A stretch of DNA of 64,000 nucleotides from assembly GCA_038227875.1 (NCBI GenBank), contig JBBRPR010000026.1:41930-105929 (forward strand), read 5' to 3'. Position numbers and translations under genes: made by a program. Shown piece after piece: positions 18,713 through 28,940 of this stretch. Position 1 is the stretch's first letter, and each line of letters begins with the position of its first letter. A model generated the notes under the pieces. That model ran no database searches. It was given only the letters and a program-made list of their open reading frames with translations, and was not told the origin of the DNA. The DNA is from Planctomycetota bacterium (GTDB lineage: Bacteria > Planctomycetota > SZUA-567 > H5-PLA8).

Positions 18713-21700
18713 ATGCAGGCGCAGCTTCGAAGACTGATACTCGTATTCTGCGCCGCCCTGCCTGTTTTTGCCGGAGAGGTCCCGTCGACTCCGCCACCTG
18801 CAACCGCTGCCTTTATTTCCGACCTCAAGCAGAAGTTCGAAACGTTTGGCGACTGGTCGTTGACGCAGAATCGCAAGACCGATTCGCGATCGCTCAGTTG
18901 CGAGGGCGCGAATGTGTGGGACCTGCGCTCTTTTCGCACGCTCACCATTCGCGCCGCCTGCCGCAGTACTGAAGCGGTGCTGATCCATCTGCGCTGGCGC
19001 ATCACCAGCAAAGCGGGCGGTCTGTACGAAGTGGATCGGCCCGTGGCGCTCAGCGCACTGGCGCCCGTGGACGTCCAGCTTCCGCTCACGCCGGAAGCCG
19101 GGACGCTCATTCCCGTCGGCCATCAACGCCCCTGGGACGACCTGGCGGCCGCGGAAGTCACCGCGCTGGAATTGCAGGCCGAATGGCGCGCGCCGTACGT
19201 GGTTGAAACGGCGCCGATCACGCTGAGCCAGCTTGCGCTCGAATCCCGCGAAACCGCGCCGATAACGCCAAAACTCCTGGACCTTGAACTCTCCGCCGTC
19301 GGAAAGAATTCGCGCGCGAAAGCGGTGTTGAGCTTCCGCATCGAGCCGCCGCCGGCCGATCCGTTCGCGGTGGAGGGTGCCGGCGACGTCCGCGTGATCC
19401 AGCCCGACGGCACGGAAGTGCTGGCGTGGCTCGACCAGAAAGATACCGGCGTCAACGACGGCAGCGCGGAACGGAGCATCGCCGTGGGACATTCGGTCTG
19501 GCGTGCGTTCGTGAATTCCGGCGACGCCGGCGCGCGCTTCCAAATCCGCAGCGGTTCGCGCACGTGGTCGGTGCGCGGATTGCCATTGATGCCGGCCGCG
19601 GAGCTCTCACCGGAAACGCATTATCGATGGCAACCGGAGTTGCGTATCGACGGTCCGGAATTTCCGGGCGCGCTGTCCGCGTTTCCGCCGGCGCGCGTGC
19701 TCGATGGCCATGGCGTGTGGTTGGCGGCGCCGGAATTGGCGAAGGGCGCAAAGCACTGGCGGCCGGTGCCATTCTGGAATGCCGCATGGAATCGCTTCGA
19801 CGGCTTTCGCGCGGTGAACTTCGCCGATGCTCAGCGGCTGGACGCGGAACTCGACGCACTGGCCAACGAGAAAACCGCACTACCGCTCGACATTCTTCCC
19901 GGTGAAACGCTGGGCGTCTCGGGACCGTTCAACTGGCATTCCCATCTCCTGCGTGAACAACTGGCGACGCGCGGCGCCGTCTGCACGGATGCGGCGGCGT
20001 TAGCGTTTTATCAACGCTGGATGCGCTACTGCATCGCGCGCTACGGCGCGTCGCGCGCGGTACGGAATTTTGCGATTACCACGGCGCTCAATGCGCCGGA
20101 GGTTGCGGCCTTTCACGTCAAGCTCGCGGAGTGGCTCAGCACGCTGCCGCACGATCCGGACGTGCCGATCGTCAGCACCGATCCGCTCGCCGTGCCTTTT
20201 GAAGAGACCGGTGCCGTCGAGAATTTCGAGAAAACGTCCGCGTCGCCGCTGGTCCGTTGGCATGCCGACCTGCGCGTTCAGCGCGCATCGGTCGCGCTGC
20301 TTCCGGCTGGAAAGAGCGGGGAACCGGCCAGCCTGGAAATTAAAGCATACGATCCCGCCGCGACTGCGCTGGCCGTGGCGGGCACCTACCAATTCGGAGC
20401 GCCGCGCGTGGTTGCAGAGAGCGACGGCCTGACATTCGATCTCTTCGTGCCCCAGGATGCGCCGCCGGATCTCCGTGCCGGCGTACATTTGTGTACGCTG
20501 AGCGGCGATTGGTTCGACGCGGTCTTTTCAGAACTGCTGCGGCCCGGCGAATGGAACCGTTTCGTTCTGGACCTCACCGCACAGAACCGCAACGCGCTCC
20601 ATTGTGTGACCGGCGCCGAAAACTGGTCGGAGGCGAATCACGCGCGGCTCAGCGAACTGGGTATTCATTGCTTCAGCACGCACCCGTCGTTCACGGCGCG
20701 CGGCAAGGTTCAAGTGCTGACGCTGCGCGTCGGTCCGATTCGGGGCATCCGCTTCCGCCCTACTGCTGGAGCCAGCGACGACATCGCGCTCTCGGCCAAT
20801 GCGGCGCGCACCTGGCCGCCGGAAACGCTGCAGGCGCTGAGCAACTTCGATGCGCGCGACATGGAATTGCTCAATCCATGGCAGGCCGACGGGCGGCTGG
20901 GCAAAGCGTCCGGCGCGTCGCTCTACCGCGCCGGCCCGGATAACAAAACGTGCTTCGAAGTCCGCGCGACGGATGCCAAGACGCTGGCGATCGGCGCGGT
21001 CGGCCGCTACCTCTTCGGCACGGCCGGTGATTTCTCGAATGCTGACACGCTGGTCTACGATCTCTGGATTCCTGCCAACGCGCCGCCGGACCTCCGCACC
21101 GGAATTCACTTTGTCGACCAGGATGGGCGTTGGGTCGAGACGGTGTTGCAGGCCCCGCCGATGCCCGGTGAGTGGACCACCTTTGCCGTCGACCTCACTT
21201 CAGCGAACGTGCAGCGAATACACGCCTTTCCGGCCGACGAGCAGTGGAAGCCTGGCGCGGTGAAGCGGTTTTTCGAGGTGGGCGTACATCTATTCAGCAC
21301 GCATCCCAACTGGATCCCGCGCAACGAGGGCGCGCCGTTGCCGTTGTCGCTGCGTGTGGCCAACATCCGTGCCGTGCGCGCGCTGCCGCACACCGTCATT
21401 GCGCCACAGGTCGCGGAGACCGCTCCGCGCGGCGCGCCGACGCGGGTCGCGTCGCTTTCCGACACCAAACCCGCTGTCTACGCGTGGTTCGCCGACGAAC
21501 GGACCGGTTCGCCGTGCAATGGGCAGATCACGGTTAACGAAGGGTTCACGATTTTCACGCTGACGGCGACGCAGGTAAATCCCAAGTCGCTGTGCCTGAC
21601 CGCGAAAGATTCCGGCCGCGCCGCGCATTGGGATCAGCCGGCCAACGACAATCTGTTTTCCGCTGATGCGCTGGTCTTCCAAGTCTGGTGCCCGGCAGAG

Positions 21701-23899
21701 CAGCCGCCCGGCCGTGTCGGCGTGCACTTCCGCGACCGCAATGGGCTCTGGTTTGAAACGCTGCTGCCCGGAACACTCATTCCCAATGAGTGGACGACGT
21801 ATGGCGTCGACCTCACGGGATCGAACGTCCATCAACTGAAGGCTGTCGGACACGTTGCGCCCTGGACCGACTACAGCCGGCAGCGCGTCGGCGAACTCGG
21901 CATCCACATCTTCCCGCCGCCGAATTCCGGACCGCCGTCGAAATTCGCCTTCGAGACCCGCGTTCGCGATGTTCACACCGTCGCGTTCGAAAGCATTCAG
22001 CCGCGTAAGAGCACGACTATTACGCTATTTGATCCGGAGGCGCAGAAGGAACTCCCGCCAGGCGGCGCCGCCGCGAAGCTCACGCGAGGTGACTTGTGGG
22101 AATGCCACGCTTTGATCAACCGGACTTTCGAGAATCCGTTCGATCCGCGCGACTGCGATCTCACCGCGCTGGTCACGACGCCCTCAGGAAAAGAGGTGCG
22201 CGTCCCGGCGTTCTTCAATCAGCTCTGCCGCCGCCACGAATCGAAACCCGGCGGCGATGAAATCGTCGAACCTTTCGGCCCGGAATTTTTCACCGTTCGC
22301 TTTCGCGCCACGGAGGCAGGACCGCACCGCGTCTGCATCGAACTTCACGACGGCGGAAAGTACGAGATCAGTTCCGAAGGCCATAACCGCGTGCACTTCA
22401 CGCCGGGCCCCGTGGCGGCGCGATTGGACCTGGCCAACCCCGCGTTTGTCGTCGGAGAACGCCCGGCCGGGCAAGCGGCGTTTCACGGCTTCATGCGCTG
22501 CGCGGCCGACAAGCGGCATTTTGAATTTGAAGACGGTACGTTTTTTTATCCGATTGGGCCGTGCCTGCGCAGTCCCAGCGACACGCGCGTGCCGTACATC
22601 GATCATGCGAAGTGGAACGGCAACGAAATCGCGCGCATCGGCCGGCGCGGCACGTACCAGTACGATGATTACATGGCCGAAGCCGCGAAGAACGGCGTTT
22701 CGTGGGCGCGCGTGTGGATGTGTTCGTGGTGGGGCGGCCTGGAATGGCGGCGCGACTGGCCCGGCTTCCAGGGACTCGGCCGCTACAATCTGCTCAACGC
22801 CTGGCGCATCGATCACGTGCTGGATCTGGCGGAAAAGTATGGCATCGAAATCAATCTGTGCCTCACCAACCACGGCCAGTTTGCGCCCAACGTCGATTCC
22901 GAGTGGGGCAACAATCCCTACGGCTCGAGCTTTGGTGGACCGCTGCAAGCGCCGCGCGAATTCTTCACGCGGCCGGAGGCGAAAATTCTCCACGAGAACA
23001 AGCTGCGCTACGTCGTCGCGCGCTACGGCCATTCGCCGGCGGTGATGGCCTGGGCGCTCTTCAGCGAGTGCGAATTCACGCAGGAATATGGCGAGCATGA
23101 AAACAATTCACCCAACGTCTGCGACTGGCACGCGGAGATGGCGAATTTTTTGAAGGACCTGGATCCGAACAAGCATCTGGTGACCTCGCATTTCAGTCAT
23201 CCACACCACGGCATTGATGTACTGGCGATTCCTGAAATGGATTTCGCGACCAGCAACGCCTACTCCGCGTTTGGCGAATTGACCGGTCGCTTCGACGCCG
23301 CCGAAGCGCTGGCGTCGTACTGGGGCGGACGCGGCGGATTCAAAGGCTTCATCGCGTACAACAAACCCGCACTGGTGGAAGAACAGGGCCGGCACTTCAT
23401 GGGCGGAAACGCGAACACGAAGGAGAATCTCAACGCCGATCTGCACGCCGGCATCTGGGGCTCGCTGGTCCAGCCGCTTTCGGGCGCGACCGGGTATTGG
23501 TGGTGGCTGCACCTTCATTTCGACCAGAAATGGAAAGCGTACAAGCCGTTCGCCGATTTCATGAAGGGCGAAGACCTGCGCCCCGCGCCGGGCGAGAAGG
23601 TACTCGAGCCCGCGGAACTGACCGTCTCAAACGCGCAGCTTCACGCGCGTGCACTGCGCTCCGCCGACCGGCTGTATGTCTGGGTCTACCACAACAACAT
23701 GCCGATCAACGGCGAGACCAATCCCGTCGCCGGCGCGACCGTGCAGATCACGGATTTGAGGCCGGGCAATTACCACGTTCAGTTCTGGAATACGTACAGC
23801 GGCGAGATCATCAAAAATCAGCAGATCACGGTTTCTGGAAGCTACACCCTGGCGTTGCCGGTGGTGGACCGAGACCTGGCGATCAAGATTTTGCCGTGA
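18713..23899 (+). CDS. large secreted DUF5060/GH5-like glycoside hydrolase with repeated CBM-like domains
   Basis: signal peptide; NPFDP...TPSG.E..VPAFF (DUF5060-like); LRYVVARYGHSPAVMAWALFSE; LVEEQG; YWWW. Confidence 0.8.
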   Translation: MQAQLRRLILVFCAALPVFAGEVPSTPPPATAAFISDLKQKFETFGDWSLTQNRKTDSRSLSCEGANVWDLRSFRTLTIRAACRSTEAVLIHLRWRITSKAGGLYEVDRPVALSALAPVDVQLPLTPEAGTLIPVGHQRPWDDLAAAEVTALELQAEWRAPYVVETAPITLSQLALESRETAPITPKLLDLELSAVGKNSRAKAVLSFRIEPPPADPFAVEGAGDVRVIQPDGTEVLAWLDQKDTGVNDGSAERSIAVGHSVWRAFVNSGDAGARFQIRSGSRTWSVRGLPLMPAAELSPETHYRWQPELRIDGPEFPGALSAFPPARVLDGHGVWLAAPELAKGAKHWRPVPFWNAAWNRFDGFRAVNFADAQRLDAELDALANEKTALPLDILPGETLGVSGPFNWHSHLLREQLATRGAVCTDAAALAFYQRWMRYCIARYGASRAVRNFAITTALNAPEVAAFHVKLAEWLSTLPHDPDVPIVSTDPLAVPFEETGAVENFEKTSASPLVRWHADLRVQRASVALLPAGKSGEPASLEIKAYDPAATALAVAGTYQFGAPRVVAESDGLTFDLFVPQDAPPDLRAGVHLCTLSGDWFDAVFSELLRPGEWNRFVLDLTAQNRNALHCVTGAENWSEANHARLSELGIHCFSTHPSFTARGKVQVLTLRVGPIRGIRFRPTAGASDDIALSANAARTWPPETLQALSNFDARDMELLNPWQADGRLGKASGASLYRAGPDNKTCFEVRATDAKTLAIGAVGRYLFGTAGDFSNADTLVYDLWIPANAPPDLRTGIHFVDQDGRWVETVLQAPPMPGEWTTFAVDLTSANVQRIHAFPADEQWKPGAVKRFFEVGVHLFSTHPNWIPRNEGAPLPLSLRVANIRAVRALPHTVIAPQVAETAPRGAPTRVASLSDTKPAVYAWFADERTGSPCNGQITVNEGFTIFTLTATQVNPKSLCLTAKDSGRAAHWDQPANDNLFSADALVFQVWCPAEQPPGRVGVHFRDRNGLWFETLLPGTLIPNEWTTYGVDLTGSNVHQLKAVGHVAPWTDYSRQRVGELGIHIFPPPNSGPPSKFAFETRVRDVHTVAFESIQPRKSTTITLFDPEAQKELPPGGAAAKLTRGDLWECHALINRTFENPFDPRDCDLTALVTTPSGKEVRVPAFFNQLCRRHESKPGGDEIVEPFGPEFFTVRFRATEAGPHRVCIELHDGGKYEISSEGHNRVHFTPGPVAARLDLANPAFVVGERPAGQAAFHGFMRCAADKRHFEFEDGTFFYPIGPCLRSPSDTRVPYIDHAKWNGNEIARIGRRGTYQYDDYMAEAAKNGVSWARVWMCSWWGGLEWRRDWPGFQGLGRYNLLNAWRIDHVLDLAEKYGIEINLCLTNHGQFAPNVDSEWGNNPYGSSFGGPLQAPREFFTRPEAKILHENKLRYVVARYGHSPAVMAWALFSECEFTQEYGEHENNSPNVCDWHAEMANFLKDLDPNKHLVTSHFSHPHHGIDVLAIPEMDFATSNAYSAFGELTGRFDAAEALASYWGGRGGFKGFIAYNKPALVEEQGRHFMGGNANTKENLNADLHAGIWGSLVQPLSGATGYWWWLHLHFDQKWKAYKPFADFMKGEDLRPAPGEKVLEPAELTVSNAQLHARALRSADRLYVWVYHNNMPINGETNPVAGATVQITDLRPGNYHVQFWNTYSGEIIKNQQITVSGSYTLALPVVDRDLAIKILP

Positions 23900-23961
23900 C
23901 CTGTGTAGCCATGGCTACACAGGTCAATTTGACATACCTTGTTGACCATGGTCGACAAGGT
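23897..23961. repeat. two tandem palindromes
   Basis: perfect 30-bp TGACCTGTGTAGCCATGGCTACACAGGTCA, then ACCTTGTTGACCATGGTCGACAAGGT (1 mismatch). Confidence 0.8.
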
Positions 23962-24012
23962 GGGACGCCCGCGATACGATGATCGCACTTCATCCCACCG
24001 CGGAGTGCGACC

Positions 24013-24837
24013 ATGAAATACGCCATCTGCAATGAATTGTTCGAGGGCTGGACGCCGGAGAAGGTCTTCGATTACGCCGCGAGCATTGGCTACCACGGCA
24101 TCGAGATCGCGCCGTTTACGCTCGCCGACGACGCGCGCCAGATTTCCACGGCGCGGCGGGCGGAATTGAAAGCGGCAGCGCGCAAGGCGGGGATCGAGAT
24201 CATCGGGCTGCACTGGCTGCTGGTGAAGCCCGCGGGCCTGCACCTCAATGGCCCCGACGCGGCAGTGCGCAAAAAAACGGAAGAATACGTCGAAGCGCTG
24301 ATCGAACTATGCGCGGACCTCGGCGGCACGATCATGGTGTTCGGCAGCCCCAAGCAGCGCACTGTGGCGCCGACGGAAACGTTCTCGGACGCGTTCAAGC
24401 GCAGCGTCGAGATTTTCTCGCGGCTGGCGGAGAAAGCGGCGGCGAAAAAAATCGTGATCGCGTTCGAACCGCTCGCGCCGAAGGACAATTGTAATTTCAT
24501 CAACACGATGGCCGAAGGCTCGCTGCTGGTCGAAGCGGTGAATTCGCCGGGTTTCAAACTGCATCTCGATGTTAAAGCGATGAACGGCGCGGAGAACCGC
24601 CCCGTCGCCGAAACCATCCGGCTGGAGGGCGGCAAGCATCTCGCGCATTTCCACGCCAACGATCCGAACCTGCGCGGGCCCGGCATGGGCGAGATGGCGT
24701 ACGAACCGATCGCCGAGGCGCTGACGGACATTCAGTACACCGGCTACGTCTCCGTCGAAGTCTTCGATTTCACACCCGGCCCGGAACGGACGGCTGTCGT
24801 CAGTCTCAAAACCCTGAAGCGAGCATTCGAAGAATAG
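24013..24837 (+). CDS. sugar phosphate isomerase/epimerase (D-psicose/D-tagatose 3-epimerase-like)
   Basis: GIEIAPF, VFGSPKQR, AFEPL, HLDVKAM, HFHAND, SVEVF. Confidence 0.9.
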   Translation: MKYAICNELFEGWTPEKVFDYAASIGYHGIEIAPFTLADDARQISTARRAELKAAARKAGIEIIGLHWLLVKPAGLHLNGPDAAVRKKTEEYVEALIELCADLGGTIMVFGSPKQRTVAPTETFSDAFKRSVEIFSRLAEKAAAKKIVIAFEPLAPKDNCNFINTMAEGSLLVEAVNSPGFKLHLDVKAMNGAENRPVAETIRLEGGKHLAHFHANDPNLRGPGMGEMAYEPIAEALTDIQYTGYVSVEVFDFTPGPERTAVVSLKTLKRAFEE

Positions 24838-24851
24838 AGGAGCAATCGTTC

Positions 24852-26018
24852 ATGGCTCAAACTCTGTCGCTGGTTCTCAACGCCGGGCGCCACGCGCGCT
24901 ACGATGCGCCAATCGTCACCGATCTTGGTGCATCGCTGGCGGGACACACGTACGCGAAGCTCACCGAGAAGGACACCGGCCGCGCGATTCCCTGCCAGAT
25001 TGACGGCACGAAACTGGTTTTTCTGCTTCCTGGAATCGGTGCGCGCGACGAACGCAAACTGCTGCTGGAACTCGGCGCCGAAGGTTCGCGCCACGGCGGC
25101 GTGAAGCTGACCGATGGCGGCGAGAAGGGCTTAAGCATCGAGGTCAACGGCCGGCCCTTCACCACGTACCGCTACCTGCCGCAGGGCGAATTTCCGATCA
25201 AGGCGCGGCCGTTCTTTTATCCGGTGCTCGGCCCCGGTGGCATCGGTATGACGCGCAATTACCCGATGCGCTCCGACGTGCCGAACGAAAAGCACGATCA
25301 TCCGCACCACCGCGGGCTGTGGGTAGCGTTTGGCGACGTCAACGGCACCGACAACTGGTCGGAGGAAAAAGGCCACGCGTTTCAGACGCATCAGAAGTTC
25401 ACGGAGCTGGTTAACGGGCCGGTCTTTGGCCGGTTCGTCGAGACGCTCCATTGGGAGAGCAACGACCGCAAGAAGGTCTGCGAAGAGATCCGCACGTTCA
25501 CGACGTGGAATCTGCCGCACGACAGCCGGATCATCGATCTCTCCGTTTCATTCGTGGCCAGCGAGGGCGAGGTCCGTTTCGGCGACACGAAGGAAGGCGG
25601 CATCGTCGCCATCCGCGTGCCGACGAGCATGGATGGCGAGCGGACGGGCACAATCGAGAACGCCGCCGGCGGTGTCGGCGAAGGCGAAACGTGGGGCCGC
25701 AGCGCGCATTGGGTCGATTACCACGGCACGGTCGAAGGCCAGCACGTGGGCGTCGCGATTTTCGATCACCCGCTGAACCTGCGCCACCCCGCGCCTTGGC
25801 ACGTGCGCGATTACGGGTTGTTTGGCGCCAATCCGTTTGCGCACAGCTACTACAAAGCCTCGCTGCTGCAGAACGGTGGATATTTTGTGCCAAAGGGCGA
25901 GTCACTGACGTTCAAGTACCGCGTCTACCTGCATCGCGGCGACACGCGGCGCGGCGACGTGAGCGCGAAGTGGAGCGACTATGCGTTTCCGGCGGGGGTG
26001 AAGGAAGTGAAGGAGTAG
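24852..26018 (+). CDS. DUF6807 ('PmoA family') protein, probably carbohydrate-related
   Basis: PFFYPV, DHPHHRGLW, FGDTKEGG, WHVRDYGLFGANPF. Confidence 0.85.
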   Translation: MAQTLSLVLNAGRHARYDAPIVTDLGASLAGHTYAKLTEKDTGRAIPCQIDGTKLVFLLPGIGARDERKLLLELGAEGSRHGGVKLTDGGEKGLSIEVNGRPFTTYRYLPQGEFPIKARPFFYPVLGPGGIGMTRNYPMRSDVPNEKHDHPHHRGLWVAFGDVNGTDNWSEEKGHAFQTHQKFTELVNGPVFGRFVETLHWESNDRKKVCEEIRTFTTWNLPHDSRIIDLSVSFVASEGEVRFGDTKEGGIVAIRVPTSMDGERTGTIENAAGGVGEGETWGRSAHWVDYHGTVEGQHVGVAIFDHPLNLRHPAPWHVRDYGLFGANPFAHSYYKASLLQNGGYFVPKGESLTFKYRVYLHRGDTRRGDVSAKWSDYAFPAGVKEVKE

Positions 26019-26021
26019 CGG

Positions 26022-26639
26022 CTACTCTTTCTCGCCCCAGCGCGGTCCCAGATCGTGTTCGACCTTTAAGTGGTCCAGCACGCGCGCGACCACGAAGTCG
26101 ACCATGTCGGCGACGCTCTGCGGCTTGCCGTAAAATCCCGGCGCGGCGGGGAGCACGGTAACGCCGAGCTTCGCCAACGTTAGCAGGTTCTCGAGATGGA
26201 TCGCGGAAAGCGGCGTTTCGCGCGGGACGATCACCAGCGGGCGGCGCTCCTTGATCATCACATCGGCGGCGCGCTGGATCAGGTCGTCGCTGATGCCGTG
26301 CGCGATCGCGCCGACGCAGCCCATCGAACACGGCACGATCGCCAGCGCTTCCAGACGGAAACTGCCCGAGGCCAGCGGCGCGGCGACGTTGTCGCACGCA
26401 TGAAAGGTGAATTTCTTGTCGTGCGGAATTCCCAGCGCGTCGGGATTGAAATTGGCCAGGTCGACGTTGACGCCGTGCTCGAGCTTCAGGACCTTCTGCG
26501 CGCTGGGCGAGATCGTGAGATGAACTTCCAGGCCGTCGGCTTTCAGCAGTTCTTCGAGCACGCGCAGGCCGTACACCGCGCCACTGGCGCCGGTGATGCA
26601 CAGGCCGATTCGCTTCCGATGCCATCGCGCTGTTTTCAT
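26022..26639 (-). CDS. ubiX: flavin prenyltransferase
   Basis: ITGASGAVYG, ASGSF, PCSMG, RAADV.IKERR, PRETPL, PAAPGFY. Confidence 0.96.
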   Translation of the reverse strand: MKTARWHRKRIGLCITGASGAVYGLRVLEELLKADGLEVHLTISPSAQKVLKLEHGVNVDLANFNPDALGIPHDKKFTFHACDNVAAPLASGSFRLEALAIVPCSMGCVGAIAHGISDDLIQRAADVMIKERRPLVIVPRETPLSAIHLENLLTLAKLGVTVLPAAPGFYGKPQSVADMVDFVVARVLDHLKVEHDLGPRWGEKE

Positions 26640-26642
26640 GAT

Positions 26643-27059
26643 TTAGAATTTCACCTCGATGACCTGCGTGTACGTCGCTTCGATCCCATGTTTCGTTTCA
26701 ATCGCGCGGATCGCGCTCAGGAATTTTTCGTAGAGCGCGTTGCGCTGTTCGTCGTAGGTCGTGTCGCAGAAGTACATGCGGCAGCCCAGCGCGCGGTGCT
26801 CACGGACACCGCAGAGCTTTCCGTTCAGAAACGGGCACGACCCGCTTTCCGCCAGCGCGCGATCGGCCGGCACGCCGGCGTTCGCCATCTCGGCGGCTTC
26901 CAGCGCGGTGACGTAGAGCCGATGACCGTGCGCCACGAAATTGCAGCAGATGCCGCGGGCGTCGCAGTGGCGGCGGAACGGTTCCAGTTCCGCCGACAAC
27001 CGCGCGTACAGTTCGCGCAATTCCGCAAACGCCGTCGCGGGAATCGCGGCAGTAGCCAT
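26643..27059 (-). CDS. YkgJ-like cysteine-cluster protein
   Basis: CDARGICC...CPFL...C..REHRALGCRMYFC. Confidence 0.75.
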   Translation of the reverse strand: MATAAIPATAFAELRELYARLSAELEPFRRHCDARGICCNFVAHGHRLYVTALEAAEMANAGVPADRALAESGSCPFLNGKLCGVREHRALGCRMYFCDTTYDEQRNALYEKFLSAIRAIETKHGIEATYTQVIEVKF

Positions 27060-27061
27060 CC

Positions 27062-27961
27062 TTAGTGCGAATGACCCTTTGCATTGCCCGCGCCGATCAG
27101 CACTTGTTCAGCCTGGTAGCTGGAGCGCACGAACGGTCCGCACGCGGCGGCGCTGAAGCCGATGCTCAGGGCGTACTCTTCGTAGCGTTTGAAGACGTCG
27201 GGATGAACATGCTCGGCGACCGGCAGATGCGTCTTCGACGGCGACAGGTACTGGCCGATCGTCAAAATATCGCACGCATGCGCGCGCAGATCGCGAATGA
27301 CCTGGAGCACCTCGTCCTGCGTTTCGCCGAGGCCGACCATCAGTCCGCTCTTGGTGGTGACGCCGGGGTCCATGCGCTTGGTCATCTGCAGGACGCTCAA
27401 GCTGCGGCGGTAATTGCCTTGCGGGCGCACGGGTGTATGGAGGCGCTCGATGGTCTCGGTGTTGTGATTGAAGACGTTCGGTTTGGCTTCGACGACCGTG
27501 CGGATGCACTCCTCGCGCGCGTGGAAATCAGGGACGAGCACCTCGATCACCAGTTCCGGTCCGCAGAACTGGCGCACGGTTCGGATTACGCGCGAAAAAT
27601 GGTCGGCGCCTTCGTCCTTCAAATCGTCGCGCGCGACGCTGGTGATGACGACGTGCTTCAAGCCGAGCTGCTTGGTGGCCTGTGCCACGCGGGCGGGTTC
27701 GTCGGCCAGCGATTCGAGGGACTCGCCGCGACCGGTCTTCACCGCGCAGAAATTACACGAACGCGTGCAGCTTTCGCCCAGCACCATGAACGTTGCCGCG
27801 CCGCGCGACCAGCATTCGCCAAGGTTCGGGCACTCCGCCGACTGGCAGACCGTGTTCAGTTTCAGGTCTTCCAGAATGCGGTGGGTCCGCGAATCGTACT
27901 GCGCCGGCCAGGGTTTTTTCAGCCACGCCGGAAAATCTTTGGCTCGCTTCACGTCGCTCAT
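27062..27961 (-). CDS. lipA: lipoyl synthase
   Basis: CQSAECPNLGEC, radical-SAM CTRSCNFC, TSVARDDL, GPFVRSSY. Confidence 0.98.
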   Translation of the reverse strand: MSDVKRAKDFPAWLKKPWPAQYDSRTHRILEDLKLNTVCQSAECPNLGECWSRGAATFMVLGESCTRSCNFCAVKTGRGESLESLADEPARVAQATKQLGLKHVVITSVARDDLKDEGADHFSRVIRTVRQFCGPELVIEVLVPDFHAREECIRTVVEAKPNVFNHNTETIERLHTPVRPQGNYRRSLSVLQMTKRMDPGVTTKSGLMVGLGETQDEVLQVIRDLRAHACDILTIGQYLSPSKTHLPVAEHVHPDVFKRYEEYALSIGFSAAACGPFVRSSYQAEQVLIGAGNAKGHSH

Positions 27962-28185
27962 GGCTAACTTTTATCGCAAGGCAGCCGATAACTCAAGAAG
28001 ACGATGAACTTGCATGCTCGCATGACGCAATTCGTCCAGCGCCCGGCAGCTTTGTCCGGCGACTCGTCGCAATTTGTCACACTATAATATTGTTGGAAAC
28101 GACGTTTATTTGTGTTCAGGAAATTGGGAATCACAAATTGAGTAGCGGCGAGCCTTTAAAAAATTTTAATTAGGCTGTGTAGATA

Positions 28186-28200
28186 TGGGCACGTATTTGC
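28186..28200 (+). promoter_or_regulatory. possible sigma-54 (-24/-12) promoter of the pilin gene
   Basis: TGGGCACGTATTTGC fits GG-N10-GC but matches the TGGCACG box imperfectly. Confidence 0.35.
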
Positions 28201-28283
28201 CTCATACCCATTATTCCACTTCTGAGTGGCAAACATTTGGATGGGATGGAGCGTGCCTCCGCCCTACAGTAAGGAGAACTCGC

Positions 28284-28844
28284 ATGCGTAGTAAGGGGTT
28301 TACTCTCATTGAATTGATGATTGTCGTGGCGATCATCGCCATCATCGCGGCTATTGCCATTCCCAGTTTGTTGCGATCGCGAATGGCGGCGAATGAAACG
28401 GCGGCTGCGGCGGCGTGCAAGGCCTTTGCCGAAGCGCAGGAGATCTACCATCGAACGGATTATACCAAGTCTGCCGTACTGCAGTACTCGCAGCATCTGT
28501 CCGGTGTGAATAGCCTGCTGGGCATCAGCGGCGAACTCGCGCTGATCGACAAGACGTTTGCCACCGCGGAAGGCCCGGCGACGTCGGCCACTCCGAAGGC
28601 CGGTTACGTTTTTACGGTGATGACCTCACAGGGCTCGGCCGCCACAGGCGGTGCGCGCAACTATGTCGTCAACTCGTTCATGACGCTGGGGTACTCCGTC
28701 AACGCCGTGCCGGGCGCGTGGGATAGCACAGGACGCGACCAGTTCATCATCAACAACAACGGCACCATTTTTCAACAAGACACTGGCAACTCCACCTTGT
28801 TGACGCTCTTCAATCCCAACACCAACTGGGTTCCGACGCAGTGA
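28284..28844 (+). CDS. type IV pilin-like protein (prepilin N-terminal cleavage/methylation motif)
   Basis: AAGGAG RBS; MRSKG|FTLIELMIVVAIIAIIAAIAIP. Confidence 0.93.
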   Translation: MRSKGFTLIELMIVVAIIAIIAAIAIPSLLRSRMAANETAAAAACKAFAEAQEIYHRTDYTKSAVLQYSQHLSGVNSLLGISGELALIDKTFATAEGPATSATPKAGYVFTVMTSQGSAATGGARNYVVNSFMTLGYSVNAVPGAWDSTGRDQFIINNNGTIFQQDTGNSTLLTLFNPNTNWVPTQ

Positions 28845-28876
28845 TCGAACGCTCGCCCAGGAAGATTGAGAAAATC

Positions 28877-28899
28877 AAGCGGCCGCAAGGCCGCTTTTT
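28877..28899 (+). terminator. intrinsic terminator after the pilin gene
   Basis: AAGCGGCC-GCAA-GGCCGCTTTTT. Confidence 0.85.
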
Positions 28900-28940
28900 C
28901 ACGGCGACCTTTTTTGGCGGGCTGCTAATATCTCTTGATC

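Noticed and set aside
24852..26018. Methane monooxygenase, suggested by the family name 'PmoA'
   Set aside because: Soluble protein with no TM helices or pmoBC neighbours, next to a sugar epimerase.
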